A stretch of DNA of 64,000 bases from positions 2,418,001 through 2,482,000 of the forward strand of contig CM030337.1 of assembly GCA_017654855.1 (NCBI GenBank), given 5' to 3'. Both the position numbers and the translations under genes were made by a program. Below are positions 23,246-35,799 of this stretch, piece after piece; position 1 is the first letter of the stretch, and every line of letters begins with the position of its first letter. The stretch comes from Podospora anserina. Taxonomy: Eukaryota. A model generated the notes under the pieces. It did not search any database. It saw only the letters and a program-made list of their open reading frames with translations, and was not told where the DNA came from.

Positions 23246-24086
23246 CTTGGTGGTGATCGGTTCCTCGTCGTGTTCTTGTCAAGATGACTTCCGACAGATA
23301 GCCATCAACCCGCCATCCGCCCCCATTAAATACTTCTCCAGACCTCTCATGTTCGCCGATGATGTTCAAGACCAAGAAGTTCGCTCTGGTCCCCTCCGAG
23401 GTGTGAGGCCGTCGATATGAGAAAGCTCACCAATGAAATATTAGCCGCCTCATGAGGGCGGGGCAGCGGGCTCCGGTTAGCCCGTATTGGAACAAGGTAA
23501 ACAATGAAGTTGGGAGGAATGGAACAGTGTGAAAAGGGGTAAATAGTTATGCGAGGTGATCTCAAGTATAGTTACATGCGCACCGCTCAGTCTCCCGGCC
23601 GTAGGTAATGTGAAGCTGAGGAACACACATGTGAGGGGTCGAGCTTAGGTGAGGGGCTGAGGGGTTGAGGGGCTGGTGATGTCTCAGGTGAGAATTGCCC
23701 CGCAAATGTTGGAACCAACCCCAATTCTCCAACAGAAAAAGAGTCCCAATGATGGGCTTTGTTTTGTCCCTCCAATGGGCTTAGCAGGTCATGGGACGTG
23801 GCGAAAGGGACGCGCTGAGGGACAATTGAGGGCGGCTCAGTCATGCTTGAAACAAGCAATTTTTAGGGGTGGTCTGTGTCGGGCTGAGCCGCCGAGGACG
23901 AGGACCCTGGAAAATAAGCAACCCAACCGAATATGGCCTAGAACTGCCCGCCATCTCCATTGCGCCTGATCACGAACTGAGAGCATATCTTTTCATTCTT
24001 TCCCTTTCCCCTCCCTTTCCGGGTTGTCGGTTGCTTCTGCTGTGCTACGAGCGCTTCTTTGCTGCTTGCTGCCATCTCACCATCCA

Positions 24087-26362
24087 ATGCCTATCCGTGT
24101 CAAGTCGCGCCCGCAGGGTGTGCAGCGCACCGAGAGCCTGCGCACCCCTTCCCCGCGCCACAAGTTCGGCTTCGTCGCGGAGCTCCCCGACATCAGCGAG
24201 GAGGACAGCTTCCGAGATGTTGTCAAGAAGCTTTCCGTGTGAGTATTTTCTACGGCATCTCCACAATTGGTCTTTTACTGATCATCTTGTCAGCTATATT
24301 GCCGACACCGTGGTTTTGCCCAGCACTTTCGAGCAGCTGAGGACCACTGCTGCCGGAGATGGCCTTCGTGCGCTCGTTGACCATCTCGGCCGAACATGCA
24401 CTCACCCCGCCATTGTGAATGCCCTCCTCGCCCTGAAGTGGCACTATGGCACCAGCGTCGAGGATAAGGGCTTGATGGACGCCAGAGCCAACGCCTGCGA
24501 GATTGTCGCTTGGCGCTTTCTGACCCACCTGTCCGAGAGGGAGGCTGTCGATTATTGTCTCTATGAGATCCCAGACCCCAAGGATGTCGAGAGCCACAGC
24601 CCAACTGATGAAGAGGAGGGCGAGGTTGACGAGCACAGTGCGCTTCTGGCCCAGGCCTTACACAGCAGTGTCGGCTCATCCCGTAGGACACCCCATAGCG
24701 CAAGCACCAAGCGCAACCTCTTGCTCAGTTCCATCTCGCGCCTGACTATGAGCATGACGGGAGACGATGAAGATGGCGAGGGAGAGGAGGAGGATCCAAC
24801 CGCCAACTTCACCAACCTCAATGCCTTGGAGATTGCCGCTATTGCCGACGCCAAGCGATTCCTCAGCCAGGCTGTTGTCCAGAAGATCATCACCGGCATC
24901 TGGGAAGGCTCCATCATCTTCTGGAAAGACCTCAGCGTGCACTCGGAGAAGAAACCTCAGTTCTACAACCCCAACACGGCCGACCCATTCTCTCGTCTCA
25001 GAGTCCCCAAGTATCTCAAATCTTTCGAAGTTTTATTTTTCCTCACCTTTTTGGGCCTGTACTATGGCGTTTTGGTCGAGCGGGATCCCACCCGCATCAC
25101 GCCCCTGGAAATCTTCTTGTACATCTGGTTTGCCGCCTTTGCTTTGGACGAGCTGAGCGAGTGGATTGATGCCGGCTCCATTTTCTATGCTACCGACATA
25201 TGGAACGTGTTTGACATGGCCATGATAGCAATCGGCGCCACCTTTGTCGGCTTGCGTATTGTTGGCTTGGAAACTCACAACGAGGAAATGGTGAACCTTT
25301 CCTTCAACGTCTTGGCGCTGGAAGCTCTCTTTATGGTTCCAAGGGTCTTTTCTATCCTGAGCTTGAGTCCATACTGGGGTGTAAGTCGATATCCTGAGCC
25401 GAACAGCTGATTGAAAGAGAAAGCGCTGACAGCCACACCAGACCTTGATTCCTTGCCTCAAAGAAATGGGCAAAGATTTCATCAAATTCATGGTCCTCGT
25501 CGTAGTCATCTACTGTGGCTTCCTAACCACCTTCTCCCTTCTCGGGCGCGAACACCTGTCGCTCCACGACATGGTCATGTCCCTGACCAAGATCTTCTTT
25601 GGTTCCAGCTTCGTCGGCTTCGACCTGATCCCCAAAATGGACACCCTGCTCGGCCCTCCCCTCATGATCATCTTCATCACCCTTAGTTCCATCCTGCTCA
25701 CCGGCTCCCTGACGGGTATGCTCTCCAACAGCTTCTCCCGCGTCATCACCCATGCCCGAGAGGAATACCTCTACGTCTACAGCGTCTACGTCCTCGAAGC
25801 TTCGACTAGCAATCGGCTCACCCACTTTTATCCTCCGTTCAACCTCCTCGCCGTCCTCATCTTCCGCCCCCTTCGCCTCTTCCTCCCATCCGACAACAAG
25901 TTCCGTGCCGCGCGCATTCTCTTGCTCAAGGCAACTCACCTCCCCATCGTTGCCGTCATTGAATTCTACGAGTGGCTTACAATCGGCTCGTCAAAGGGGA
26001 CGCAATACAGCGGTTTCCGCGGTCCCAGACAGGCCGTGATTGGGAGCCCTCATCCGGCTGCTGCGAAGAGGTTTGCGCAGGCTAGGCTGTCGAATAACAG
26101 CTTGCGGGCTGATAACAATAATCATCTGTCGCAGTTGAGACCGCCAGCGATTACGGCCATTTCCGAGGGCGCAATTGCCGGTCGGAGGGCGCAGCAGCAG
26201 GCGGCGGACGAGGCGGTGGAGGGGAGGGCGTTTGGGCAGCATGAGGGGGATGTGGAGGCGAGGATTGCGGATTTGACAGCCAAGATTGACAGGTTGACGG
26301 AGCTGGTGCTCACGTTGCAGACGCAGTCGAGCACGACGTTGGGGAATGTGGGTGTGGCTTAG
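24087..26362 (+). CDS. Yvc1/TRP-like non-selective cation channel
   Basis: ARANACEIVAWRFL, ALEIA.IADAKRFLSQ..VQKII..IW, RLRVPKY, multiple TM segments and PPFNLL. Introns ~24239-24293 and from 25381 to ~25441. Confidence 0.85.
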
Positions 26363-26895
26363 TAGGCTGCGGACATGGACGTTGATGTTGGGTTGTGAAG
26401 GTATGTACGGAGGGATTTTGATTTCTCTTGCGTCAGGTCAGGATTGTTTTGTATGGGGGTTGACATTAGGGAGAGGACTTGGCCAGAGGTGGTTGTTTGC
26501 TTGCCGGTCGGTGGTTGTGTGTGTTTGGATACTGTTTAGCGTTGGATGTAATAATGCTGATGAGATACGAGGGTGTGAATATGGATAATGAAATATGAAA
26601 TATCTCGTCTGAACTTTCTTTGGGACACCAGGGTGAGGTGCGCTAAGGTTTCATTGTCGGAGCTATGGGTAAAAAGGCCTGGGTCAAGATGAAGTACGAA
26701 ACACAAGATTATGCTGTATAAATGCCATGTCAAAGAGCTCACCGAGCAGCGAAGAGGAGAGCAAGGCGCAAGAAGGCTGATTAATAAGCAGAGATTGAAA
26801 GGCACCTGCTCTGCCGCCTGCCCGCCATCCAACCGTTTGACGCGAACAACACCGACTTTCCTCTGCCACCATCGGAACCCTCAGAAACGACCACA

Positions 26896-28746
26896 ATGGA
26901 GAGCGAAGCTCATGCTATCTATAGGGGACGGCCCCTCGATCTGGATGACTCTTTTCGTCTTTTGCAACTCCTACCAGGCCATCTCGACGAGCCTGTCAGA
27001 ATCCGCCTCTTCAGTGCTCAACTCAGTGCCGCTCCTTCCTACGAGGCCCTGTCTTACACATGGGGAGATCCAACTTTGACATCTGTGATCGAGGCACTCT
27101 CTGACAAGGGCGAGGATGAGCACAAGCCGGGTGTCGAATTCCGCAGCACGGCCAACTGCCATGCGGCCCTAAAGCGTCTTCGAAAACCCGATGCCAACCG
27201 AGTTCTTTGGGTCGATTCGGTCTGCATCAACCAGTCACATATCCCAGAGCGAAACCACCAGGTCAATCTCATGGCGGATATCTACCGAGCAGCTTCCAGG
27301 GTTGTTGTTTACCTTGGCGAGAGCGATGAGAATAGTGTCGCGGTACTTTCATGGATTCGAGAACTCGACCAACCATCCGATTTCGGCAACGGGAGCGGTG
27401 CTTTGCCACCTAGCAAAGAGGCGGTTGAAGGATTTTTCAGAAGGCCGTGGTTCCATCGCATTTGGGTTATCCAGGAGATTAGTCTTGCACAAAAGGCAGT
27501 TGTTGTATGCGGGAAGGATGAGGTTGACTGGGGAAGCTTCACTGTTCTTTACCAACACAACGAGAATGCGACACGGGCAGCCCGGCTTGAGTTGCCATAC
27601 CCCGTCACGTTTGCGAGCCGGTACAACAAGCCATACCGGGATGGCGCTATGACGTACGCCAGGAGGCTGGTGCGGATGCTTGGAAGATCACGGCATTGTG
27701 AGGCGACGGATCCGCGGGATAAGTTGTATGCCATCATCCCGCTCGTGAATATCCGAGATGGCTCAAGGACGGAGGAGTCGTGGGGAGAGGTTCTGGGGAT
27801 CAGTGTGGACTATTCATTGTCTGTTGATCGGGTGTTCACTGACATGGCCGTTGCGTTGCTCAACCAACAAGTTCCGCTTGACGACGTTCTTCGCCATCAC
27901 GTACCGGGCCATGAGGCACGAGGTCTGTCTTCGTGGGTACCAGATTGGAGGATTCAGCGGGAGAATGGCTGGCGTCATGCAAAATATGAGCGGATATTTA
28001 AGGGATTTCCCGGATTTCGAGGACACCCAGTTGAATTGATGTTTGATGGGGTCCCGGGAATCATTTTGGACAAGAATGGAACGCGACCAGCCGTGGTTGG
28101 ATATACGGATTCCTCCACGGACAGGTGTCCGATACGTGTGCACGCCATCAATGTTGGGAATATCATCAAGACTGGCCCTGTTTGCTCAGTTGCTGATGAT
28201 TTCTTTCCTGTTTCAAACTGGAAGGAACTTGTTGAAGAGGCGCGACGACAGGGATCAGTCGTGCCCAAATTAGAGAGACTCATGGAGATAATGATTGCTT
28301 TGAAGTTGGGGTATCCAAATTCTGTCCCGCGAGGTGTTGGGCTTATTGAGCGGTATAACGAGCAAATGGAAAAGGGGACGTGTCCGAGGAAGCCGTTAAG
28401 GCAGGTGATTGGGGAGACGGCATCTCGTAGTGGGGCGAGGGCTCGGCATGAGATGGATGCGATCTTGTCGGTTTGCGATGGGAAGAGGCTTGCGATTACT
28501 GATAGTGGGTCTGTTGTTGTTGTACCGGGGAACGCGGAGGTTGATGATGCTGTTTGGGTGTTGGATCGGGTCAGGATGCCGTTTGTTTGTAGGAGGACCG
28601 GGTCTGGGGAGGCAAATGGGGTGAGACTTATTGGAACTTCTTTCTTTTTTGGTATCATGGAGTTGGAAGCTATGAAAGAACATGTAAGTGACGTGCGGGC
28701 TAAGGCGGAGGTTATGAGGCGGGTGGAGGAGCTGGTTGTTGAATGA
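26896..28746 (+). CDS. HET-domain protein (HET-6-like)
   Basis: 616-aa ORF with YEALSYTWG, LWVDSVCINQ, QVNLMADIYRAA, RPWFHRIWVIQE, ATDPRDKLYA and SSWVPDW. Confidence 0.93.
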   Translation: MESEAHAIYRGRPLDLDDSFRLLQLLPGHLDEPVRIRLFSAQLSAAPSYEALSYTWGDPTLTSVIEALSDKGEDEHKPGVEFRSTANCHAALKRLRKPDANRVLWVDSVCINQSHIPERNHQVNLMADIYRAASRVVVYLGESDENSVAVLSWIRELDQPSDFGNGSGALPPSKEAVEGFFRRPWFHRIWVIQEISLAQKAVVVCGKDEVDWGSFTVLYQHNENATRAARLELPYPVTFASRYNKPYRDGAMTYARRLVRMLGRSRHCEATDPRDKLYAIIPLVNIRDGSRTEESWGEVLGISVDYSLSVDRVFTDMAVALLNQQVPLDDVLRHHVPGHEARGLSSWVPDWRIQRENGWRHAKYERIFKGFPGFRGHPVELMFDGVPGIILDKNGTRPAVVGYTDSSTDRCPIRVHAINVGNIIKTGPVCSVADDFFPVSNWKELVEEARRQGSVVPKLERLMEIMIALKLGYPNSVPRGVGLIERYNEQMEKGTCPRKPLRQVIGETASRSGARARHEMDAILSVCDGKRLAITDSGSVVVVPGNAEVDDAVWVLDRVRMPFVCRRTGSGEANGVRLIGTSFFFGIMELEAMKEHVSDVRAKAEVMRRVEELVVE

Positions 28747-29171
28747 TGATGGGACGTGATATCGTGAGTGCCCTCACCTTGGGGACCAATGATGCCGCTG
28801 ACACTTCTTTTTCCAGATGGCCCACATCCAACTACCTCCAGGCTGTGTGTAGGAAATTTCCTCCTCGCGTCAAGACAGGAGACCCAACGGAGTTTGGAGA
28901 TCGGGGATGTCTTGATTCCGATCTAGTGATAGTTACCCCTGCTCTTCAACACTGCCAAGAGCACTAGAAAGGCCCACGAGTGGGCTTTGATGCCCCCGGT
29001 GATTGGGTCACCAAGTGCCAGCGCCTTCCCCCTGGACATAGCGTGACATCGCTCGGGTCTGGCCGCCGTCTGCCCTGTTCGTTCTCCTAACCTTGTTGAT
29101 GGATGCCGAATCCTTCCTCTTCTAAATTCTTCTTCCAGTAATGGTTCATCAACATCGACTCAGACATCGCC

Positions 29172-31181
29172 ATGGCCGATACCGAAGTGGAAGCCGACAA
29201 TGACTCGTGGAGCGTCAAGAAGAACAGGCTGTTGACAGAGCAGCCTGGTCTTGAGGTCGTCCCGCAAGAGCTTCTCGAGAGCAAGGATCATTTGGCACAA
29301 GCTCGCCCACCAGAGACCGCAAAATACCCAGTCTCGCCAACGGTTTCGACTCGCGATGCAAAATTCAAGATTGAGAGCGGCCTGGGGACCGGAGATTCCT
29401 CTCCTGAGCCCGCAAGCACCGACTTTCCCGAGGTGGCGGATCCGCGACAGGTTGAGGCGGCCAATCAAGCTAGGCACTCCTCACGACGGAGACGGAGGAG
29501 ACTGATCATCGTTGGAAGCGTTGTCCTGGTCGTAATTTGCGTCGGTACTGTTCTGGGCGGGGTGTTGGGTAGCAGGGCCGCCAGTCAACGAGGGTCCATG
29601 GGAGAGAAGGCAGCCACAACAACGGACCCTGCAAGTCCAAGCAGCGCGGACAAGACGGCTCTTGGGTACCAAGCTATTATGGATCGCAGCTCCCTAGCTG
29701 TGACAGCGAGAAGAAGGCGAGATGGAAGCACTGAGGGTTGGTTGTTCTACGAAGACCAGGGTGGTGAACCGCAGATGCTCCGATGGGATACGAAGCGAGG
29801 AGGCATGCTGAAGGCCACCAACAAGTTTACAATAAAGGAGCCGGCCTCGTACCTAACTTCGAGGGCTATAGGGATGGCTGCAACTACGATTCTCCAAGGT
29901 CCTGAGGACAATGTTTGTCAAGCTTCCCTGTTTACCGATATAAACATGCCTGCACTTATACTGACCACCTTCCATAGCCTAGGATCCTTTTGCTAATCAG
30001 CAAGATATTCGATGGAGGATTTGAAGACGATACTGATCCCAATTTGCCAAGCAAAGGTTCAGTACTGTTTGGTTACGAACTGGACCGAGGCGGCAATCTC
30101 AGCAATACAACCCGCATAGGGGAACACGCACTGATCGTCAACAAACAGGACCCAATGGACGTCCGCTTATATGGTACATCCACCGTGACAGCTTACTGGC
30201 CCTGGATTATTCACGGATCTAGAGGATCTACTACATCTGGCGAGTCTGTTCTCGATAACCCGGTTGTGAAGGTGGTAGAAGCGCGCAATCAGATGGATGA
30301 CAGCTTTGCACCAGGGCCGGATTGGGACTTTCGCAGCTTGTCTATGGAGGCGAAATTAACTACCAAGGTCTCAGTCGTTCCTCTCAGCGCCGACTTCAAG
30401 AAGTCATCGGACCCCAATTATGACAAGGAACCACGAAACGGGTACGGCATATTCTACCACGATTCGGACGACCGTCTCCAGTTCATGCACCGAAGTTGGG
30501 GCACTGCGAGATCGCCAGCATTTTATTTACCTCAGCGTAAGGCTTTTCGTTACCTTCCTTTCGCCGTCTCTTCCAAAGCTAAAGGACAACCGAACCACGA
30601 CAGTTCCCGACACGATGCTCCCGACCGATGATCAACAAGGGAAATCCTCCATCTCGGCCTTTGCCGTTGCGAAGCGGCCGCCAGAAAAGATTTCGACAAG
30701 CACCCAGAGGGGCACCTCCGCTCTACTGAATCCCACTGAGACCACTATTAATCTACAAGTGGTGGCATGGTCTGGGACGGTGGCAACCCCGGAGCCAACG
30801 GCACTGGTTGATGCTAATCTGCCCCCAAACAGCGTGGATGTCGGGGTCGCTTACATCAACCGAAACCGGCAGTTTGAGCTCCTGTTTATGTCGACCAATA
30901 CTGGATACAGTAATTGGAACACGGTCGACACAGCGGAAGTCAACAAGTTGGCGCCACCGGATCTCTTTACTGATATTGCCTGTCTCACCTTGGCAAGCGG
31001 CGCTGATGGGGATGATGGGGAAGAGTGGTTGCTGCCACGGGAACAGGATGAGGAGGGGACCATCGCTACGTGCTTTTACCAGAGCGGCTCCAAGGTGGTG
31101 AAGGTGAGATGGATTGGGGAACTGTGGGACACCAAGTGGGATGTCGAGTGGTTACCTATTCCGACGGGGGATTCTGGGTGA
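29172..31181 (+). CDS. Single-pass membrane protein with beta-rich ectodomain (possibly fucose-lectin-like propeller)
   Basis: RRRRRR followed by the TM helix LIIVGSVVLVVICVGTVLGGVLG. Three staggered ORFs joined by probable introns (~29915-29978, ~30537-30603). SSLAV, SISAFAV and CFYQSG segments. Confidence 0.65.
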
Positions 31182-32176
31182 GAAGGGAATGTTGGTTGTA
31201 CACACATGGACGGGCAAGGCAGCATATTCGAGGGTTGGATCTGCGATAAAAAACATACTCGCTACGAATACGACATAACAGACACAAGGATTGAGCTAAG
31301 ACTCTTCGGGTCATTCTTGGAACACTGGAGCTGACAGTGCGTTGGCTACTACTCTGATCATACACACCACACCACTCACGTCCAAAACAGGCGAGTGCTC
31401 GCTATCGCCAAACAACTGCTAACCCAGCGCAGGCTTCCTTCCGTGATCAGCACCGTTATACCCTATTGCGGCATTGCTCGAAATACCTCATTTTGTGCCA
31501 ACTGGCTTGTCTGCACTGCCGATGCCTGGTCGCGGCATCGAAATCTTTTGGCTGCGAGCACGGCCCCCATTGGGAAATCGTCAAATCATGTCCCCAACCG
31601 TTACACGACGTGCATACGGGCATCGTTCCTGATCGATCCCGCTCCCGTGTCATTGGGTGGCCCCCTGGTCGCAAGTGGACGGCTGAAGACGTGGACGCCT
31701 TGCTGTTGGAAGCGTAGATGCACAGCGAGCTTGGCGACTGCTACGCTAGGTCGTGGTCTTGCTCGTCAGCATTTTCCTCATTGGGCCACTCGTTTTGTGA
31801 ATGGGCATCATGACCACGGTTCAGATGGAAAGAGGCGGCATGGCAGCCATAACCGAATATACCCGAGCGGTCAAATCCACTACCGTGCCGCGAATTACAA
31901 CTTGGTGGCTTTTTGGTGGTGGCACGACGGGTCGATATTGTGGAGTTTTGGAGGACCATGGACCATGGTTGGGTGAACGGCAGGGCACACGAACTGCGTG
32001 ATATCGGACGAGGGACGGACGGGCATACGAGTGTGACTGTTGGGCCTTGGTGCTGTTGTTGTTTGTGGTACAGAAATGTCTGGCGCCGTGGAGGATATAA
32101 TGTCTCAGACGTCTCGATGCCTTTCACCTTTTCTTTGCGCTTCTAGCGACAGGTTACAGCAGCATCATCATCCAAC

Positions 32177-33923
32177 ATGACGGACAGCAACGACCCACCA
32201 ACAACAGCAACCTACACCCAGTTCGCCTGCATCGGCGCAGGCTTCTCAGGCATCGGCCTCGGCGCCACCCTGAAGCTCAAACACAACATCACCGACATCC
32301 GCATCTTTGAACGAGAAGCTGAGCTGGGCGGCACCTGGCATCTGAACCAATATCCCGGTATATCTATCTTCCTTCCTTCTTCTCCCCTTTGACTTGTGTT
32401 AACACCACCCCAGGAGCCGCCTGCGACATCCCCTCCTCCCTCTACACCTTCTCCTTCGCCCCCTGCCCCCAATGGACCTCCACCTCCCTCCCCACCGCCC
32501 CCCAAATCAAGTCTTACCTCGTCTCCATCGCGGAAAAATACTCCCTCCTCCCAGGCAGAATAACATTTTGCTCGTCGGTCCAAAAATGCGAATGGCTTCC
32601 CAGCCCCATCTCCCGATGGCGACTGACGGTCCTCTCCCACAACGCCATCTCCCACCACGAATGCCAGTTTCTTTTTTCCGGAACTGGGATTCTGTTCCAT
32701 CCGAAAACATCCTCTTTTTTCTCCCTCCCGGGTGCCGGGTCGTTTTCTGGGACGGTGATGCATTCTGCTAGGTGGGACCACAGTGTTGACCTCGACAACA
32801 AAAAGGTGATGTTGTTTGGGAACGGGTGTTCCGCTTCGCAGATTGTACCGGCGTTGCTTGGGAGGAGCAACAACGCTGAGGTTTGCTCTTCCGGACGTGA
32901 CTATAATGTTGATAAGATAACGCAGTTTGTCCACTCGAGGCATTATGTCATTCCCTCCTTGGCAGAGCTTTTTCCTTTGGCGCTTCTGGAACGGCTGCCG
33001 CGCGGGCTTCAGAGATTGTTGTGTATCTTGATTGGGGAGATGGATTTCATCGCGATGAGGGAGAACAAGGTTGGGAGGTGGATCAGACGGAAAAAAACGG
33101 AGGACGTGAAAAGGTATATGAGGGAGACGGTGCCGGAGAGGTATAGCGATTTGGTGGTGCCGGAGGGGGTTGAGTTTGGATACAAGAGACGGGTGTATGA
33201 CCCGGGGTATTTGAGGGCGTTGCATGATGAACGGGTTGAGTTGGTTGGGGAGCGGGTTGTGGAGGTGGTACCTGAGGGTGTGAAGACGGAAGGGGGGAGG
33301 GTGGTGGAGGGAGATGTGATTGTGCTGGCGACGGGGTTTGAGACGAATAGGTTTTTGGAGGGGGTTGAGGTGGTTGGGAGGGGGGGGGAGAGGTTGGGGG
33401 GCCATTGGGGGGAGGATGTGAGTGATGGGGATAGTCTGGATGGGAAGGAAGGGGTGAAGGGGGTGGGTGCTTATGAAACGGTGGCGGTGGGGGGGTTTCC
33501 GAATTTCTTTATGTTGGCTGGTGAGTTTTCTTGTCTCTGTTGGGTTTGGGGGGATGTCTTGCTGACATGCGATGAAAAGGACCAAACTCTGTCACGGGAC
33601 ACACCTCTGTTATCATCGCCATCGAGAACGCCATCACGCTCGCGATGAACGTTATCAAGCCTATTCTCTCCAAAGGGAGTCAAGTGAGAGAAGTGGAAGT
33701 AACACCCGAGGCGGAGAGGCAGTGGGTGAGCAATGTGCAGGACGAGTTGAACAACAAGACGATCTGGGGCGGTGGAGGTAACAAGACCGCGGCGGAGTCG
33801 TGGTATGTCAAGCTTGATGAGAAGACGGGCAAGAGGTGGAACGCGATGTTGTACCCGGGATATCAGCTTGGTGCCTGGTACCGGGCGAGGAAGCCTAGGA
33901 AGGAAGATTGGGTGTATCAGTAG
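32177..33923 (+). CDS. Flavin-binding (Baeyer-Villiger-type) monooxygenase
   Basis: IGAGFSG, GGTWHLNQYPG|AACDIPS, FSGTVMHSARWD fingerprint, GNGCSASQ and LATGF; two introns. Confidence 0.9.
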
Positions 33924-34322
33924 TGCTGAAGGGCACGATGGACAAGTACCAGCATCTGCACAGCAATTTTTTTTCTACATTAACATCTACTTTGGCATGC
34001 CCTGCAGAGAAAAAGATACTCTTCAGCTTCGCAAAGCTGGCCAACCTTTTTGATCTCAAACACAATTCGCCATGCCATCTGATTCCTTGCTTCACCGCAC
34101 CATATCGCACAAGATGTCCGCCAGTGCTAAAACATTATATTGAATACCCGCTATCTTCGAAAAGGTAACCTACACCCTACTACTTCCTAGAGAAACCCTC
34201 ACCAATGCCACCAAACTACCACCTGTCCAGTCTGCCCACCAACCTTAGTGATAGCCAACCAGAGTCAACAACCAAGCAATCACCAAACCACCCTCACCAC
34301 CCTCACCAATCCTCACCAATCC

Positions 34323-35799
34323 TCACCACCAACGCCCCCAAATCCCCATCGGCCACGCCCCCCTTCCACTCCTCGGCCGAATCCAATCATCCCTCACCTC
34401 ATGAAAACTCCACCCCAACCCCGCCTCCCCATCCCCCTCCCTCCAAGCCTCAACCCCCATCTCCTGATACTGCGACCAAAACGCCACATGATCCAAGTTG
34501 GGCAACCTATCCATCACCGCCCCAACAACCCTCCTCATCTCCTTCTCCACCTCCTCCCTTGCAAAATTCTCATCCCCAGCCATATCCCTCACCCCCTCAC
34601 ACCGAAAATCCACCACCGGAAACGCCACCCTTTTCAGATTTGGCATTTGCTCCAACGCGCCAACAATATGGTTAACAGCCCCGTAGTGCTCCCTCCACTC
34701 CTCCCTCCCCCCTTCAGGCTCCCATTCAGCATCATCCCCGATAAAAATCTCCTCAATGCTGTCTCTGTGCGGAGCAACGATTTGCTCCAAAATCTCCCTC
34801 GCGCCAAACATATCAAACCCATGCATCGAATCGGTGGACGCAACGAGCAATTTCTTCATTTTTCTTTCGCCGTTGGTGAATGCCTCCGCAACTTCAAGCA
34901 ACGCTTCATTGTTTTCTTGCTCTGTGCCACGGATGAATTCAAAGTCCGTTACGTGAGGCCCGAGGGAGCGGCAGACGGCTGCGATGACTCGGCCGCAGGT
35001 GATGGGGTCGAAGCTACGGCGTTGTTGCGCGGCGTTGTGGTCGTGTTCCCCAGTGGTGAACCTCACTTGGCGAGCCTGGGGGAGGATGGGGGTTGGGTTG
35101 ATACCCAGGAGGGTGATGAGGTGGGCGACCTGTGGTTGTTGGAGATCTCTGAGGTCCAGGTTGAGCTTCTGGACGTTTGGGAGGAGGGAGAGCAAGTCGA
35201 GGATCTTGTTGGCTAGTTCGGGGTGGTGGGGTTCTTCACGGTCGAGGGGATCGTGGTGTTGGAGGTAGAGGTTGAGGTTTCTGCGGGGATGGGGGGTGGT
35301 TAGTCGACGTTTCAGTACGAGGAGGAAGAGAGTGAGGACTGAAGGTCGACTAGCACCTTGACCGAATATCGCTACAACAAATGACGGTGTACCAGAGCAC
35401 CGTTACACAACAATCGTGTGACATGGGACGAAAAACATACTTGACATCCTCCACAAACGGCCGACAAGGCAGCTCGCAGCGCTGGAACCTGTCCAGCTCG
35501 GCCTTCGCGCGGGCAACAATTCGGCCCAGCTCCTCCCCAAACCTCGCGTGCGAGTCCGTCTTGAGCGCGAGGGACTGCCAGATGGCCGGTCTGAGCATGT
35601 ACCCAACCTGTTTGCAAGCCGCACCAAACGCCATGGCCTCCGCTTGTGTCAAATACTTGCCGATTTTGACAAACAACTCCATGGGCAGGGCGAGAACGGG
35701 GGTGGCATCATCGGTCTTGATGATGTAGTTGGGGTTGGCTTTTGGGCGGCGGTGGTGGTAACGCCACCGCTTGGTGTGTCTTCGCTTTCCCTTTGACAT
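34323..35799 (-). CDS. F-box-like protein with LRR-like C-terminal region
   Basis: VLALPMELFVKIGKYL F-box-like motif; the intron at 35440-35281 splices in frame to the 34323-35195 ORF. Confidence 0.75.

Noticed and set aside
32212..33585. 457-aa minus-strand ORF
   Set aside because: Antisense shadow of the monooxygenase gene, with no motifs.
34248..35216. 322-aa plus-strand ORF
   Set aside because: Antisense to the F-box-like gene; low complexity.
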